Source: Balanoglossus misakiensis
Lineage: Eukaryota > Animalia > Hemichordata
Direction of reading: 5' to 3'
DNA: 64,000 bases
Assembly: GCA_040954595.2 (NCBI GenBank)
Contig: CM082597.2
Coordinates: forward strand, 6,205,244 to 6,269,243
A program made the position numbers and the translations under genes. Under the pieces are notes generated by a model. That model was given only the letters and a program-made list of their open reading frames with translations, made no database searches and was not told the DNA's origin. This document shows positions 25,620 through 38,040 of this stretch, in pieces; position 1 is the first letter of the stretch; the number at the start of each line of letters is the position of its first letter.

Positions 25620-28600
25620 AAAGTCAACTCTACCAACTCTGCACTGCTCTTGATAAGACTTCAGTGCGTAGGCGAACGATTTGTCGCGCCTACCAGCTCG
25701 CTGTTACCATGGTGTCCAATTGACTGTAGTTGGGGCATGTTAGAATGCGGGTTAACTTTGATGAATTCTAGGGTGGGTTTAATGTACAGGCACAATCAGA
25801 GATTGATAATGTGCAAAGTAACTGTAAAGTACATAGATGGATGACACTATGTTCTTAGGTGTTGAAATCATTACATCCTCAGCTAAGTTATTCATAAGTT
25901 GTGTGTATTTGCCAATTTGTTCACAAGAAACTTATGATAGTTATATGAGATATTTAGCGAATGTCAGAACAACGTTATTAATGGAGACATTTCTGATATT
26001 GTAATTTCAATGCTAACTTCGGTACTTTTTTGGTAATGCATCGACATTTCTGTCGTGAAAATAATCTGCATAATTCTGCTGATAATTTCATTTTAAAAGT
26101 GAAGCACACAGCACCACAGGCCGGTTAGTTTATAATCGGAGTACACATGCAGTGGATTTTCCCGAGTGCTATTTTAGGCGGGTGACATCACAAGATCCTT
26201 ATCAATACGTTATACTTAGGTCCGTTGCCAAACACTTGAGTTTATTTTTTGCACAAGGCATGCCTCGTTTAATCATTATTTAAACAAAGTGACATTTTTA
26301 TAGAACTCTAAGTTTTGTTCCCCAAACTTGGAGTGCTCCTGCCTACGTCTTTTTCACTTCTAAGCTGACTATATAAACTTCTGAGAACATATTTTCGAAG
26401 ATTCCGTCTTACAGAGCAGTTTGTGGTAGACGAATACATTTCACCTGGAACTTCAAAAGGAAAGATTTGTCAGGTATTGTGTCATTTTCTTCCAATCAAA
26501 TACTTTTGAATAATTACCTCATGTCGACAACTAGCTCTGTAAACTGGAATCGAAAATTGCTTCGTCTTATCTATGATCCCCAACTAGTATTGTCGCGCTG
26601 CTTTCGACAACACTTACCAGACGTTCTAAGGTTTGAGAACAGATTTAAAACTAAACTTGATACATAGTGTAATCATGTTGTTCTCGGGACAAATAGGGGT
26701 CTGGTTATAAACCATCACAGAGAATTTCACTAAACAAAATGGCGACGATACCGACGATAAACCATATATATTCTGGAAGCTGAGTTTTTGAACTTTTGTT
26801 TGCGTTGCAAATATTATTAATCCCCGGAAATGGTGGCGATTTTGGGTTAAAAAAACAATGTTTTGATATTATGTCATAAAATTTAAAATAGGTAAAAAAG
26901 TTGACCATGCATCATGCATCTTAATATGTCATTCGAAACTAGAGTACACGTGCAAAAAAACGGTAATTTTGTTTTGCGTTATCTGCTTCCATTGAAGAGT
27001 AACAGCGTTTGAAAGTTAGATTTTTAGTAAAATTTGATCAAATTCACGGTGAGTTGTATTGTATCAGAGTTTATTCCCGCCAGGGACACTTTATCGACTA
27101 ACAAAAATACCGTTTTGTTAGATGGGTCATACACAATCATCAGTTAAAATTTGAGCAAATTCGGCCAACGCGGGGCGAGGCTATTTTCGTCTGAAGTTGT
27201 CAAGAGCAGCGAAAATGCAAACTGAGAAAAACGGCCATTTGCATTGTTGACACCTATTTGTTAAGCTGTGAACTCATTCAGAAAAGTGCTATTTTGGGGT
27301 GATTATGCACCATTTCCGCCAAGACGTATTAGTCAGGATGTGGGTCAGTATTAGGCCTACCGATTTATGCAAAAAAGTAAAGTTTGGCAAAAATCACATC
27401 TTTTCATGCAATGCCACCTTAACTGGAGAAATAACTCTCACAAATCTAGCTGAAGTAATGATTGTCATTTTTTGTAACCCGTCGTTTCTAAAACTAACCA
27501 AGTGTACCTGTCAGAACTTCCCCCATAACGTTTCTACATCACCGCAGGTCGTACGTGACGTCACTAAGCAAAGTGCAGAGTTTTAATATTTACATTATAA
27601 ATCCACATAAGACAGCCGCAACGTTAAAGATCGAGCCAACCCTAAATCTGGTTTGAATAAGCTTGCCAAAATATGATGTCTACTGCTATGCACTTGCTTA
27701 TTGACAATTAATACATTTAGTCTCCAGACCACAAATCACACTTTTCCCCAGCAAGGATGGACCTTGTCTGGACAAAGCACGACTGACACCCTTTTGAAAG
27801 CATAACATCGTACGAGACACATTATAATATCATGCTACCGTCCGCCATTCTGATTGGACGAAAGTGATTGTAAAATACTGTTTTACCACTGCCGGCAGTG
27901 GTAAAACAGGCCCCTGAACTAGCATGCAGCAGGGAAAATGTGCGGTTAAACCAAAGTCATGTGGGTTTAAACCAAATAAATAACATAAAACACTTGAATT
28001 TACGGACATTTTATTTTGGAACTGCTCTGCTCTGAATATTTTGCACTTTTGTCACTTTTTGTCGTCTGCTTCATGTTTAATGCTGACGCTGTTTCATTAA
28101 GAAATTGACACTGATATGCCACAAAATCAATTTTTGATATAATATAATACGCGTCTCTGCGGCAAATCCCCCCTCTACTGTCTATGGTGCTATTTGTCTC
28201 GAACTGTACCACGCCTGCGTCGTGGGTTAAAGCTTAGGCCTAAATAAGGTATTTGTCAACATATAGCTTTCATGGTTTCAGGTCAAGTGGGTGCCTCAGA
28301 TGTCAGGGAAAACAACTTTGATTTGCAGTGTGGTTGAGTGATTTATACCCATACGTATAATAAAATGTGCACTGCTCTTGATAAGACTTCAGTGCGTATG
28401 CGAACGATTTGTCGCGCCTACCAGCTCGCTGTTACCATATATAGTGTCCACTGAATTGACTGTAGTTGGGGCATGTTAGAATCCGTGTTATATGTGCCAA
28501 TCATAAACTCAATGTATGGATATTGAAGTATTGAATCGTACAGCATGTCGTGTTATGAAAATATCACAGAAAGAGGTTAACCTTGATGGATTCCAATGTG

Positions 28601-29026
28601 GGTTAATTTCAGATCTGTCAACTGCTTCAAATTGAACTGTGACCCTACCTGCCGGGATCCTTATTAAAGACTTTACGATCTTGCGTGCACTTGACATTTT
28701 CATGTCGGATTTATTTGTAAAATTTGAAATATTATTTAATGATTCTTTTAACTTGGACGAAAGCTTCACAAGTTAAATTGTCACGGTAAACCGGATATAT
28801 GGAGAGAGTGAGCTTTGGCTCGCGGGAATGTGTAAAGACATTGCAGGGGACTATGTACCGGCCACCGGCAAGCTACTAGTGCTAAGCTGAGCTTGATTTG
28901 ATCAGAAGGATTAAGACATTTAGTAGCCAGCAACGGGGCTCGGGGAGAAACTACTGTAATTTAACTGGAGTGGATTCTCTCTTCACATTCGCTTGCTACA
29001 ACACACACAGCAGAATGATGTTGACC

Positions 29027-29905
29027 TAGTCTGGTCCCCTGCCCCAATCCCACCGCTGGCTGCGCTACGCTAAAGGGAAAGGGGCCCGATTTCACACCCA
29101 GAAACCTGGGGAGACCACGTGATCATAAACAAGATGGATGCCTCCAATGTCCGTACGCCAGTCTAGTCTCGGTTACCCAGACGCCTTTGCTCTTCCGATG
29201 CTCTCCAGAAAAAGGGTCTGGGGAAATGCTATTGAAAGCTTTGTAAAACAAAATGGCCGATGTCACGATTTTGATCATCGCCTGATTGGCTGAGCTGTCA
29301 GTATGACCCGGGTCACTGCAATAGTTTCGACAATCGTCTCCCAAAGATATTTCATATAATTTCTCCAACAATGCTAACAGAGGACGCCTTTTGCCTTTCG
29401 CATCAACCAACAAGTACCGGTCTCTTGATATGAAGATACGACAAAAAATCACACATTGTCGAGAGTCAGTGACCCGGGTCATACTGACAGCTCAGCCAAT
29501 CAGGCGATGATCAAAATCCTGACATCGGCCATTTTGTTTTACAAAGCTTTCAATAGCATTTCCCCAGACCCTTTTTCTGGAGAGTATCGGAAGAAGCAAA
29601 GGCGTCTGGGTAACCGAGACTATACGCCAGTCAAGATTCATCCAGACAGTTTATTTTGTTTCGTTTGTTGTAAAGTTGAAAATCGAATGATAAACATTAA
29701 TCACGGTTACTAGAAATAGTAACCGTGCATTAATGGAGGTGAAGGAGAGAACGGGAAATGAGTATCTTACAAAAACATATCAACTTAACAACTTAATGTT
29801 CGTATGTATTGACCAATGAGAGCCATGTTTACAATAGGCCGTGCCTGACTCTTTCCCTTTAGCGTAGCGCAGCCAGCGGTGGGATTGAGGCAGGGGACCA
29901 GACTA
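29027..29905. mobile_element. Non-autonomous AcademH-like DNA transposon (outer), TAG..CTA termini, 10 bp TSD
   Basis: ~55 bp TIR tagtctggtcccctgcc...; TSD gatgttgacc at 29017-29026 and 29906-29915. Confidence 0.85.
29164..29622. mobile_element. Non-autonomous AcademH-like DNA transposon (inner, nested), ~155 bp TIRs, 10 bp TSD
   Basis: tagtctcggttacccagac ... gtctgggtaaccgagacta; TSD tacgccagtc at 29154-29163 and 29623-29632. Confidence 0.88.
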
Positions 29906-30673
29906 GATGTTGACCGACCCAAAGTCGCAGCATCTGGATAATTGATACATATTCTCAATAATGGATATACGCCTCTCATCTGATGGCGCTTCTTCGCCAC
30001 AGGCACCCACAATCAACTTGATGAATCCCCAGGCCTGTTCTTCTCCACAATGGACCGTCCAGCATCCCCTATCAGAACCCCCTTGCAGACCTCCATGGCC
30101 TTCCGTCCAGAACTATCATAGTTGTCGAAGATGTCAATCATTCTCTTCTTCAGCGCGTTTATGCTCGTTTTCATGCTGACAACTAGGTCTGATTCGAAAT
30201 GAGCCAGCTGCTCCTTGATCATGGCATGGCTTCCCCAAGTCCTGGGCACTATGATGGGTCAGGTCTCAGAACTGAGAGAACATAGTCCTCTTTCGCGTGT
30301 GGCACGCCAAGAATCTTCCATTTTAGTTTCCTACCCGGACAAGGCACCACAGAAGTCTTTAAACATTAAACGTCAGCAGCCATGCTCTCTTTCACGAGCA
30401 GCTCACAGATTGTGTAGGCTGTGATTGGTCAACAATATCACAAAGCATTCCACTGCATGAAGACAGCTAGGCATTATTTGGAGAAAAAATGTGTAGATGT
30501 ATAACTTATGAATTATCAAACCAAAGTAAACAATACAAGTCTACTTGATACTGCTATTTTTTATTTACTTGATACTGATATGTTCTTTGATAGGTGTGAC
30601 AGATATATTGCATTCTGTTGTTAAAACTTTGAAGTACTCCACACACTGAAGTGAGCTGGAAATATAACCGAAG

Positions 30674-30734
30674 ATGGCAGACTTTGATTGGTTTACGGAG
30701 TATCTTATAAGGCTGGCAGATGACATCGGAAATG
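30674..30734 (+). CDS. FADD-like adaptor, coding exon 1 (start of DED)
   Basis: aagATGg start; MADFDWFTEYLIRLADDIGN then G|gtgagt (phase 1), joining exon 31037 in frame. Confidence 0.8.
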
Positions 30735-31036
30735 GTGAGTGTACATTATAATGTTTTTATCCCTAAGTGAGTGGTGCTCTGAGACACTCATGGATGTCTA
30801 CCCATCTATAATGACATCATAGACAGCCCTTCAAACAGTATATCTACATCCTCAGTCACACATGCTTGAACTGATTTTATGCAAACTTGACACAAGGACA
30901 AAACTCTGTCATCCCATTTTCAATTTGAAATTTTAGACAGTGATCAGCTACTGTAATTTTAAAGTTTTTCTCGAGAGATTTATTTCCAGAAAAGGGTTTA
31001 CTTTACTATAATCTTTTCTTTTTTTTGCATTTACAG

Positions 31037-31371
31037 ATGACTTGATTAAATTGGTAGAAGGACTGGGTGCCTTAAAGAAACCTTCAATACCTACAGTTGT
31101 GAGGGAAGAAATTTTGAGAGAGAAACGGGCATATGTTTTGTTTGACAAGTTGGTAAAGTCTGGACATTTATCAAGGGACAAACCTGAGACACTTATTCAT
31201 CTGTTGAAAACTGCCAGACTTAACATGTTAGCAAAGCATGTAGAAGTTCGATATGAGAAAATGTTTGACAAAGACTATCCATATGATGAAGTGACAAGAG
31301 AAGCAGAGTCCAGGCCTAAAGTATCCACCACAGGATCTTATGGCAAGGACTTGCAGAATTTTACAATACAG
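31037..31371 (+). CDS. FADD-like adaptor, exon 2 (death effector domain)
   Basis: DDLIKLVEGLG...EEILREKRAYVLFDKLVKSGHLSRDKPETLIHLLKTARLNMLAKHVEVRY follows the DED pattern (LFxxLxxxGxLSxD..L..LL). Strong ttacag| acceptor; 3' boundary uncertain. Confidence 0.75.
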
Positions 31372-31767
31372 GTATGCATTTGTATTATGCAAATACCATG
31401 TTCACCCAAAATTATGATTTTGAAAGAGATGAAATGATAAAAAATAGACTATCTTCAGCTGGTCAAAGTGATAGAAACAAATGGAATTATAAAGTCATCT
31501 GTGCAGTTCAAATGGTCATGGTTTGATGTTGTCGTCACCAACCACAGACCAAGTCCTACATAATGGTTTGAATGCTCGCATTTGTGAACTAATGAGCCAA
31601 ATGTACATTGGGCACTAAATTGAAAATTTAATTTTGAAAAGAAATGGTGGTTAAGCATTTTGAGCAGTTGAACACTTAGAGTACCTGTGGTAATTGAAGT
31701 ATATTTTAATAGGAATTCTACACACAAGAATGAATTCAGCAGTGTTCACATACTTCAGGTTTTTCAG

Positions 31768-31988
31768 ATGTCGGTGATGTTGCTGCTAGCAGTGCAGTTA
31801 GTTCAGCTGCAACACAGATTGAGATGACGACAATGATGAAAGATCCAGAAGGTGAAACCACAAGTGTACAACACCACATAGACAGACATGATTTTAATCA
31901 ACTATATTCTTTGATGACAAGACTACTGTAGTTACAATCACCTATAGGCAACAAACTGATCCAGCTGTTGAGGACACTACAACCGCAG
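31768..31988 (+). CDS. FADD-like adaptor, putative linker exon (boundaries and frame unresolved)
   Basis: ttcag| and cag|gtaaac flank it. The 5' part reads VGDVAASSAVSSAATQIEMTT.. and the 3' part DDKTTVVTITYRQQTDPAVEDTTTA, in different frames. Confidence 0.4.
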
Positions 31989-32202
31989 GTAAACTTACTT
32001 TAGAAATCATCAGTGGAAAAGATGTGCAGAAATTATAGTCCAAAAAAGACACAAGATTTGAATAGTATGTATTTCAATGTTAGATAATAAATTCTATATT
32101 ATTTGGTTTTACATGTAACTACTGCTTATGAATGTATCAATGTTTTTTTATTTACAACAGCTGCAATGAATGGATTAATCCTATTCCTGTGTTTTTATTC
32201 AG

Positions 32203-32507
32203 TTGTCAACGCGGAGACACAGTACAGAGTTGACAAGGAACTAGATGAGAACGGTTGGAAGAACACAATCAGGAATCTGTTCATCGACGATGGGAGGGAT
32301 GGTGACAGAATTCTGGAAAATGCGGACCATGACCACAGAAAATTCGAGGAGAAGAAGTACGCAAGTCTGACAGAATGGAAGAAAAGGAGGGGCTATAAAG
32401 CCACAAATAGCGCATTGCAGCATGCTTTGAATAAAGCCGGGTGTATTTCGTTGGCGTCTACCCTTTCTAACGATTCGACCGAAGGCATACATTGCACACA
32501 GGTTTAG
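32203..32507 (+). CDS. FADD-like adaptor, last exon (death domain)
   Basis: ELDENGWKNTIRNL...ILENADHDHRKFEEKKYASLTEWKKRRGYKATNSALQHALNKAGCISLA shows the death-domain signature (WKxLxRxL...WxxxxGxxATxxxLxxAL); ttattcag| acceptor; TAG stop. Confidence 0.85.
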
Positions 32508-32714
32508 TGTCGCCATATTTTGCAAAATGTGTACATGTAGCACATAAAAGTGTTGTACGTTTTGCGTTTAGTTTTGAAATATCGTTTCCGTCATTTGTGC
32601 GTATACCAAGACGTGATCAGAAAGCTAATGATCTGCTAAAGAAATCCCTTCACGTTTACTTGACATCAACGCTTTTATCACTCGACTTTGGTTTAACTAT
32701 AGAGGAACAAAATG

Positions 32715-33270
32715 AATCATACATGTTGATACTTGCAAGATTTTGCAACCACATTACATCGCATACTCTTATGTTGGTTTATAATGCTATTTTTTCTTTC
32801 TATAGTTGACTACTGTTGCACTGTTTGGGGCAACACATCAAAAACCAATCTACAGAGAATTTATAAACTTCAGAAAAGAGCCGGCAGAGTAATTTTAGGA
32901 GTAGACATTACATTTCCTTCTCGTTCTCTTCTGACAACTCTTCATTGGTTGCCCATTGATCTTAGAATCGAGTATTTCATTGCTGTTCAAACTTTCAAGA
33001 TACTACATGGCCTGACGCCTGATTATTTAAATGAATTTTCCTATGTTTCTGACATGTACAATTTTACCACTAGATCTGTCAGCAACGCTAATTTGTATGT
33101 GCCCACTTTTAAAACAGCAACTGGGCAAAGGTCTTTTATGTATCGAGCATCAAATATCTGGAACAATATTCCCCTGTCTATAAGAAGTATATAAAGTCTG
33201 TCACAGTTCAAGTCACAACTACGTAACTTTTTTCACACTAAATTTATAAATGAAGGTTCATCACTTGATT
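32715..33270 (+). mobile_element. 5'-truncated, disrupted CR1/L2-group LINE ORF2 C-terminus
   Basis: DYCCTVWG...KLQKRAGRVILG...LHWLPIDLRI...GLTPDYL...RSFMYRASNIWNNIP; frameshift near 32790 and a premature stop. Confidence 0.88.
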
Positions 33271-34093
33271 AGATTTCATAAATAAGTCCGTCATTGTGAC
33301 TTGATTTGACTTTTACAGTGTTTTTCTTTTTTTCTTTCCTATTGCTTTGTTTCAAATCTGGCCGTTACGTTCTACTGATGTGTGCGTTTTCGTTTTGAAA
33401 GTGTAATTAATTACTATTCAAAGCATGGTAGTGATGTCATCATCGCTTTTATGGGTGCTTCAAAAATATAATACATTTTAAGTTTCTGTACACTGTATAC
33501 TGTATCAGTTTTCTTCTGTGTTGGTATACAGACTTCAGCATAATATATGCCGGGGTTCATACTAGTATATCTCCAAAGGATTTACTGTCATAAATAGTGT
33601 AAAACAATTTTGGATCTTGTCCATAAAGCTTTTCAATATTTGCATTGATGATTTGAGTTTTAAGCTGTCGATCTCGAAAAATGAGGAATTTTCATAAAAA
33701 GTTAATGTATGCTGACGATAATGATTTAATTAGCCGTTCCTTCATGTGGACTCAGAACAATATTTGTAGATACTATGGTGTTACGATACGCATGTATGTA
33801 TTTAGATTGTACTTAATTTCAGAAGAGAATTTTTAATTTTGATAATTAGAAAGATATATAATTTTGGGAACCGTTTGACTCGATGCTCAAGTCATTACTT
33901 TTGTAACCTTGGCGTTTCATTGTACACCTTGTTTAAGTTGATAATCAATAAATAGAAGAGTTAAACTTGCGACCAAGATGTTTGAGTGAAATAAGTGTAT
34001 ATCGATTAACAATATTGATTTACCCTAGATAAAGCTACTTTAGCCCAATGCAGTCACTGCTTTTTTTTAGTAGAGAGAGGGATTCTTCTCGTT

Positions 34094-34205
<112 letters not shown>

Positions 34206-37200
34206 ACACAGCACCTTTCATACACGCCATTATGATCTCACAAGTCGTAAGGGAAATGATAATTATTCTTTTTTCCAATATTATTTTCACTTTACTATGG
34301 AAATCCGGTTGTGGTCCGAAGTTATACACACGGCGCCCTCTACAGGGGAAAACAGTGAATCGTGCACCTTCGGGAATTTTCGGAATGAAATATGGTGGAT
34401 TGATAATACTAGTAGTCGGACTTTTCGCTAAATTTCTGAAGATTCCGAAGAATTGAATCGGCCAGGGAATCAGGGTGAGTAAATTTAAGGTTATTGTTTG
34501 ACATGGTGAACAAAGACTGCGATGATTTTGAAAATATGTCAAGTTCTGTATCATGAAACCGATGTTCTTGACTGTCAATTTCGGACCAGTGGAGTGTAGA
34601 ATCTAGAACTATGACATCATCAGTCCAAAATCAATGGCGTTGTTATGGACATTATTACGCATTTCATTTGGCGGTATTTTTGAATAGGCCTTCAGGGCGC
34701 CCGATCCCAGGGTTCGATATCCCTCTTTTTATGACATGGTGGGCCGTGTGGACCACCAAATGCAAAATATGGTGGTCAATGATGCATGTTTACGGTATTT
34801 ACCATCTAATAAATGTATCTAATTATACATGCAAATTAGGCCGCGCGGCAGTAAGGGGTCAGAGGAATTGAAGGGGGGGGGGGCTTAAATTTTTTTCCAA
34901 GGCATTGAGGGGGGGGGGGGGATCAGAAAAAAATTAACATTTTTTTTCAAAAATCCTGCTACCCCTACTCTTTTTCTTTCTATTTCATTCAGTAACTTGC
35001 AACTCACACAAAGCTGGGAAATCTGAAAATGGTCGCTCAGCTCAGCTTTTATTGTTAGGGGAGAACCATTTGATTTCTAGGGGAGGGGATGGAGGATTTG
35101 GGTTATTTACAGCATTTTTTTGATTGCCAGTCCATCTTTTCCCTCAAGGTAATGCAGAAGCAAGTTATGTTTTCCTCTGCACCATCTGCCAACAATCCCC
35201 TCCCCCCTCAAAAAATCCTCGCGTAGGGCTCTCCAAGTTTTGCTCAAAAGTGGGGGTTACACTACATTCTGTCGCATAGGCAACTTCAATGCCACATGTG
35301 AAGAAGATGCTCACAAAATGAACATGAAGGACAAAATCAAGAAAGATTCCTCCTTGCAAAGTAAAATCAGTTGGGTGTCCAGCTCAGATCAAGTTGTAAC
35401 TTGTACCATCTGTATCCATGTCAATCTCATTTTGAAGGTGTTGCTTTTTTTAGTATGGAAAATGGATGGAAAGTCACACATTTATCCTTGGGTATTTTTG
35501 GCGTGTGTTAGTTTTTTTAAAGCTGTATTACAACTGTTGCATTACAGTGCATGTTTTTGATATCAAGGTTAACATATTACACCATTTGAACTCTAAAATA
35601 TTCAGTGGAATGTCCTGTTACATGGAATGAAAGTTGACACACTGACCACACAGCCACAGCACAGCAATTCAGGTGCAAATCTAATTATTGAAATTTGGTA
35701 TTTTACACCTTCAGTTGAAAGCAAACTTCAACAATGAACTGGACAGGATGAATACAGTTATCCAGAGAAAACAAGAAGAACTGACAAGACCACGGCCAAG
35801 CTTCTGAAGGTCAAGTGAAAAAAGTGTTGAAAGAAAATTATCAGTTCTTGAAAGACAAGGGACTCATCGGTAAGTAAAACATGCTCTTATGTCCGGTTTA
35901 CACCATTTGAACGCTTTACAACTGCTTTCTTTTCATGGACTTCTCTGCTAACCGGGACGGAAATCAATGTTGTGACGCCGCCGGAAACAGTCCAGCCAGC
36001 CATTTGATGCTTTGTAGTCATCCACTTTCAAGTTGTTGAGTTGTGGGAATCACCCATGATGGAGGAAATAATGTCGGATTGACAAAGACAACACACCAGA
36101 ACTTTCCTTTCACAATACGGAGTAGAGATTAACATCCGGGCACTTTATTACGAACTGCACCTCTTGAGGGCGCTTGTCATATGTATCAGTACTATCCAAT
36201 GATTACATAAGTGCATTTGCATTACTATGAGATCATAATGAATATGTATTCTAACACAAGTCCTTGGCAAAAGGGCGCGTTCTTGAAGGGAGCTGACAGT
36301 ACTGGACTCTTGAGAGTGTCTAGTACAGTACTACCACACTTTGGTTGAAATAGATTATTTCTTTGGTATGGCTGGACTCAACAACTGAAAAAAATGGTGA
36401 AAGGGTTTACAATACATGTGAAAAATACACTTCTAAAAATATCACAATCAGCTGTGGACACACATGTAACTTTGCAACATTTATGCACATTAAATGTTGC
36501 AATTTTAACCCAGGCAACATGACAGATTTGACTACTTTTTAACAAAGTATGGTGGTGTTCTATTACAGGCTTTCAACTGCCTATGCAATTTGTTTACATT
36601 TTACGCAAAGTAAATTGTGAATGCGTATTGAAGTACGAATTGGAAAAAATCTAACGGAACCTGTAGTTGACGTCATGTTAGCATTTTGTAAATGTGGCCA
36701 GTTCTAGCATGCCGCCAGACAATTTATATTTAAAGACATTGATACATGTTTACTTACCAATGATTTCTATTCTGGAAATCTTGATTTTGTTTTCAACTTT
36801 CTGTCTTGCAGGAGCTTTCCATGTGACCTGAGAAGACCAGGATGGGGAGAGTCTTGATGTTGAATATTGCAGAAATGGATGTACACTACTACTGTACAGC
36901 TGATCATTGAGGAGGGGAGTAATATTTTTTATTTATACTATGTGTTTTATTCTTTAGCTTGGATGGTGCAGAATTGCATACACTAGCCTGCTGCAAAACA
37001 TGGTATATTTGCATATTTCGAATGTTCAAATGTAAATTTCCAGTAAGGAGGATACGTGTATTGAATTGAGTTGGAACAATTATAAATACAATGATGATCG
37101 AAAGAAAAATTTAAAATTGAGAGCAGTTAATTTGAGAACGAAATGTGTATTGAGAACTGTACAATGGATACAACCAAGAGTAACTTTCACTGAAGACCAG

Positions 37201-37429
37201 TGCGTTGGGTTTTGTCATCATAAAGGTAAGATTGTGCATTGTAGACTGCAATTTGATTTAAGACAGAACATTTTAATAAAGTGTAAAATACAGAAATAAT
37301 TTAATAATAGACAGGGATAATAGTACCAAGTGAAGATCATAAATTATTATTTTGAGTGTTAATAGGATAGGGTATGATAAAGTTGTATTAAACAAGAACC
37401 CCCCCCCCCCCCCTATGAAATGTTGACTA

Positions 37430-37899
37430 TGCAGATAATGTGATAATAATGTTCAAAGTTAGGATGAAGATGATAAAACAATAAATAACAACCACAACAA
37501 TAATAATAATGATGATGATGAGATGATGATGTTGATAATACAAAAAATAATAACTAATGATGATTACACTAATGATGATATAATGATATAAATAATAAAA
37601 GTTGTGATGATGATGATGATGATGATTAATAATGATGATGGAGGTATTGATAATAGAACAAATAATATAATGATGATTACAGTTATGATACAATATAAAT
37701 AAAATTGGTGATGATGATTATGATGTTGATTATGATGATTTAATTGATAATGATGATGGAGATGTTGATAATGATATATCGAAAAAATAATAAAAATGAC
37801 GAAGATGAACATAAAATGACATAATTTGACATAAAATATAATATGATATAAAAAAATAATTATTATAATGACAACGATGATGTTGATGATGTAACAAAA

Positions 37900-37938
<39 letters not shown>

Positions 37939-38040
37939 GTGATCATGATAATAACAAATGATGATAAAATAACGGAAATAATAAAAATTAATAGGATTAA
38001 TTTAATGATGATAGTGATGATGATGATGATGATGATGAGT
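37430..38040. repeat. (GAT/AAT)n low-complexity tract
   Basis: Direct reading; explains spurious His/Ile-rich ORFs. Confidence 0.9.
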
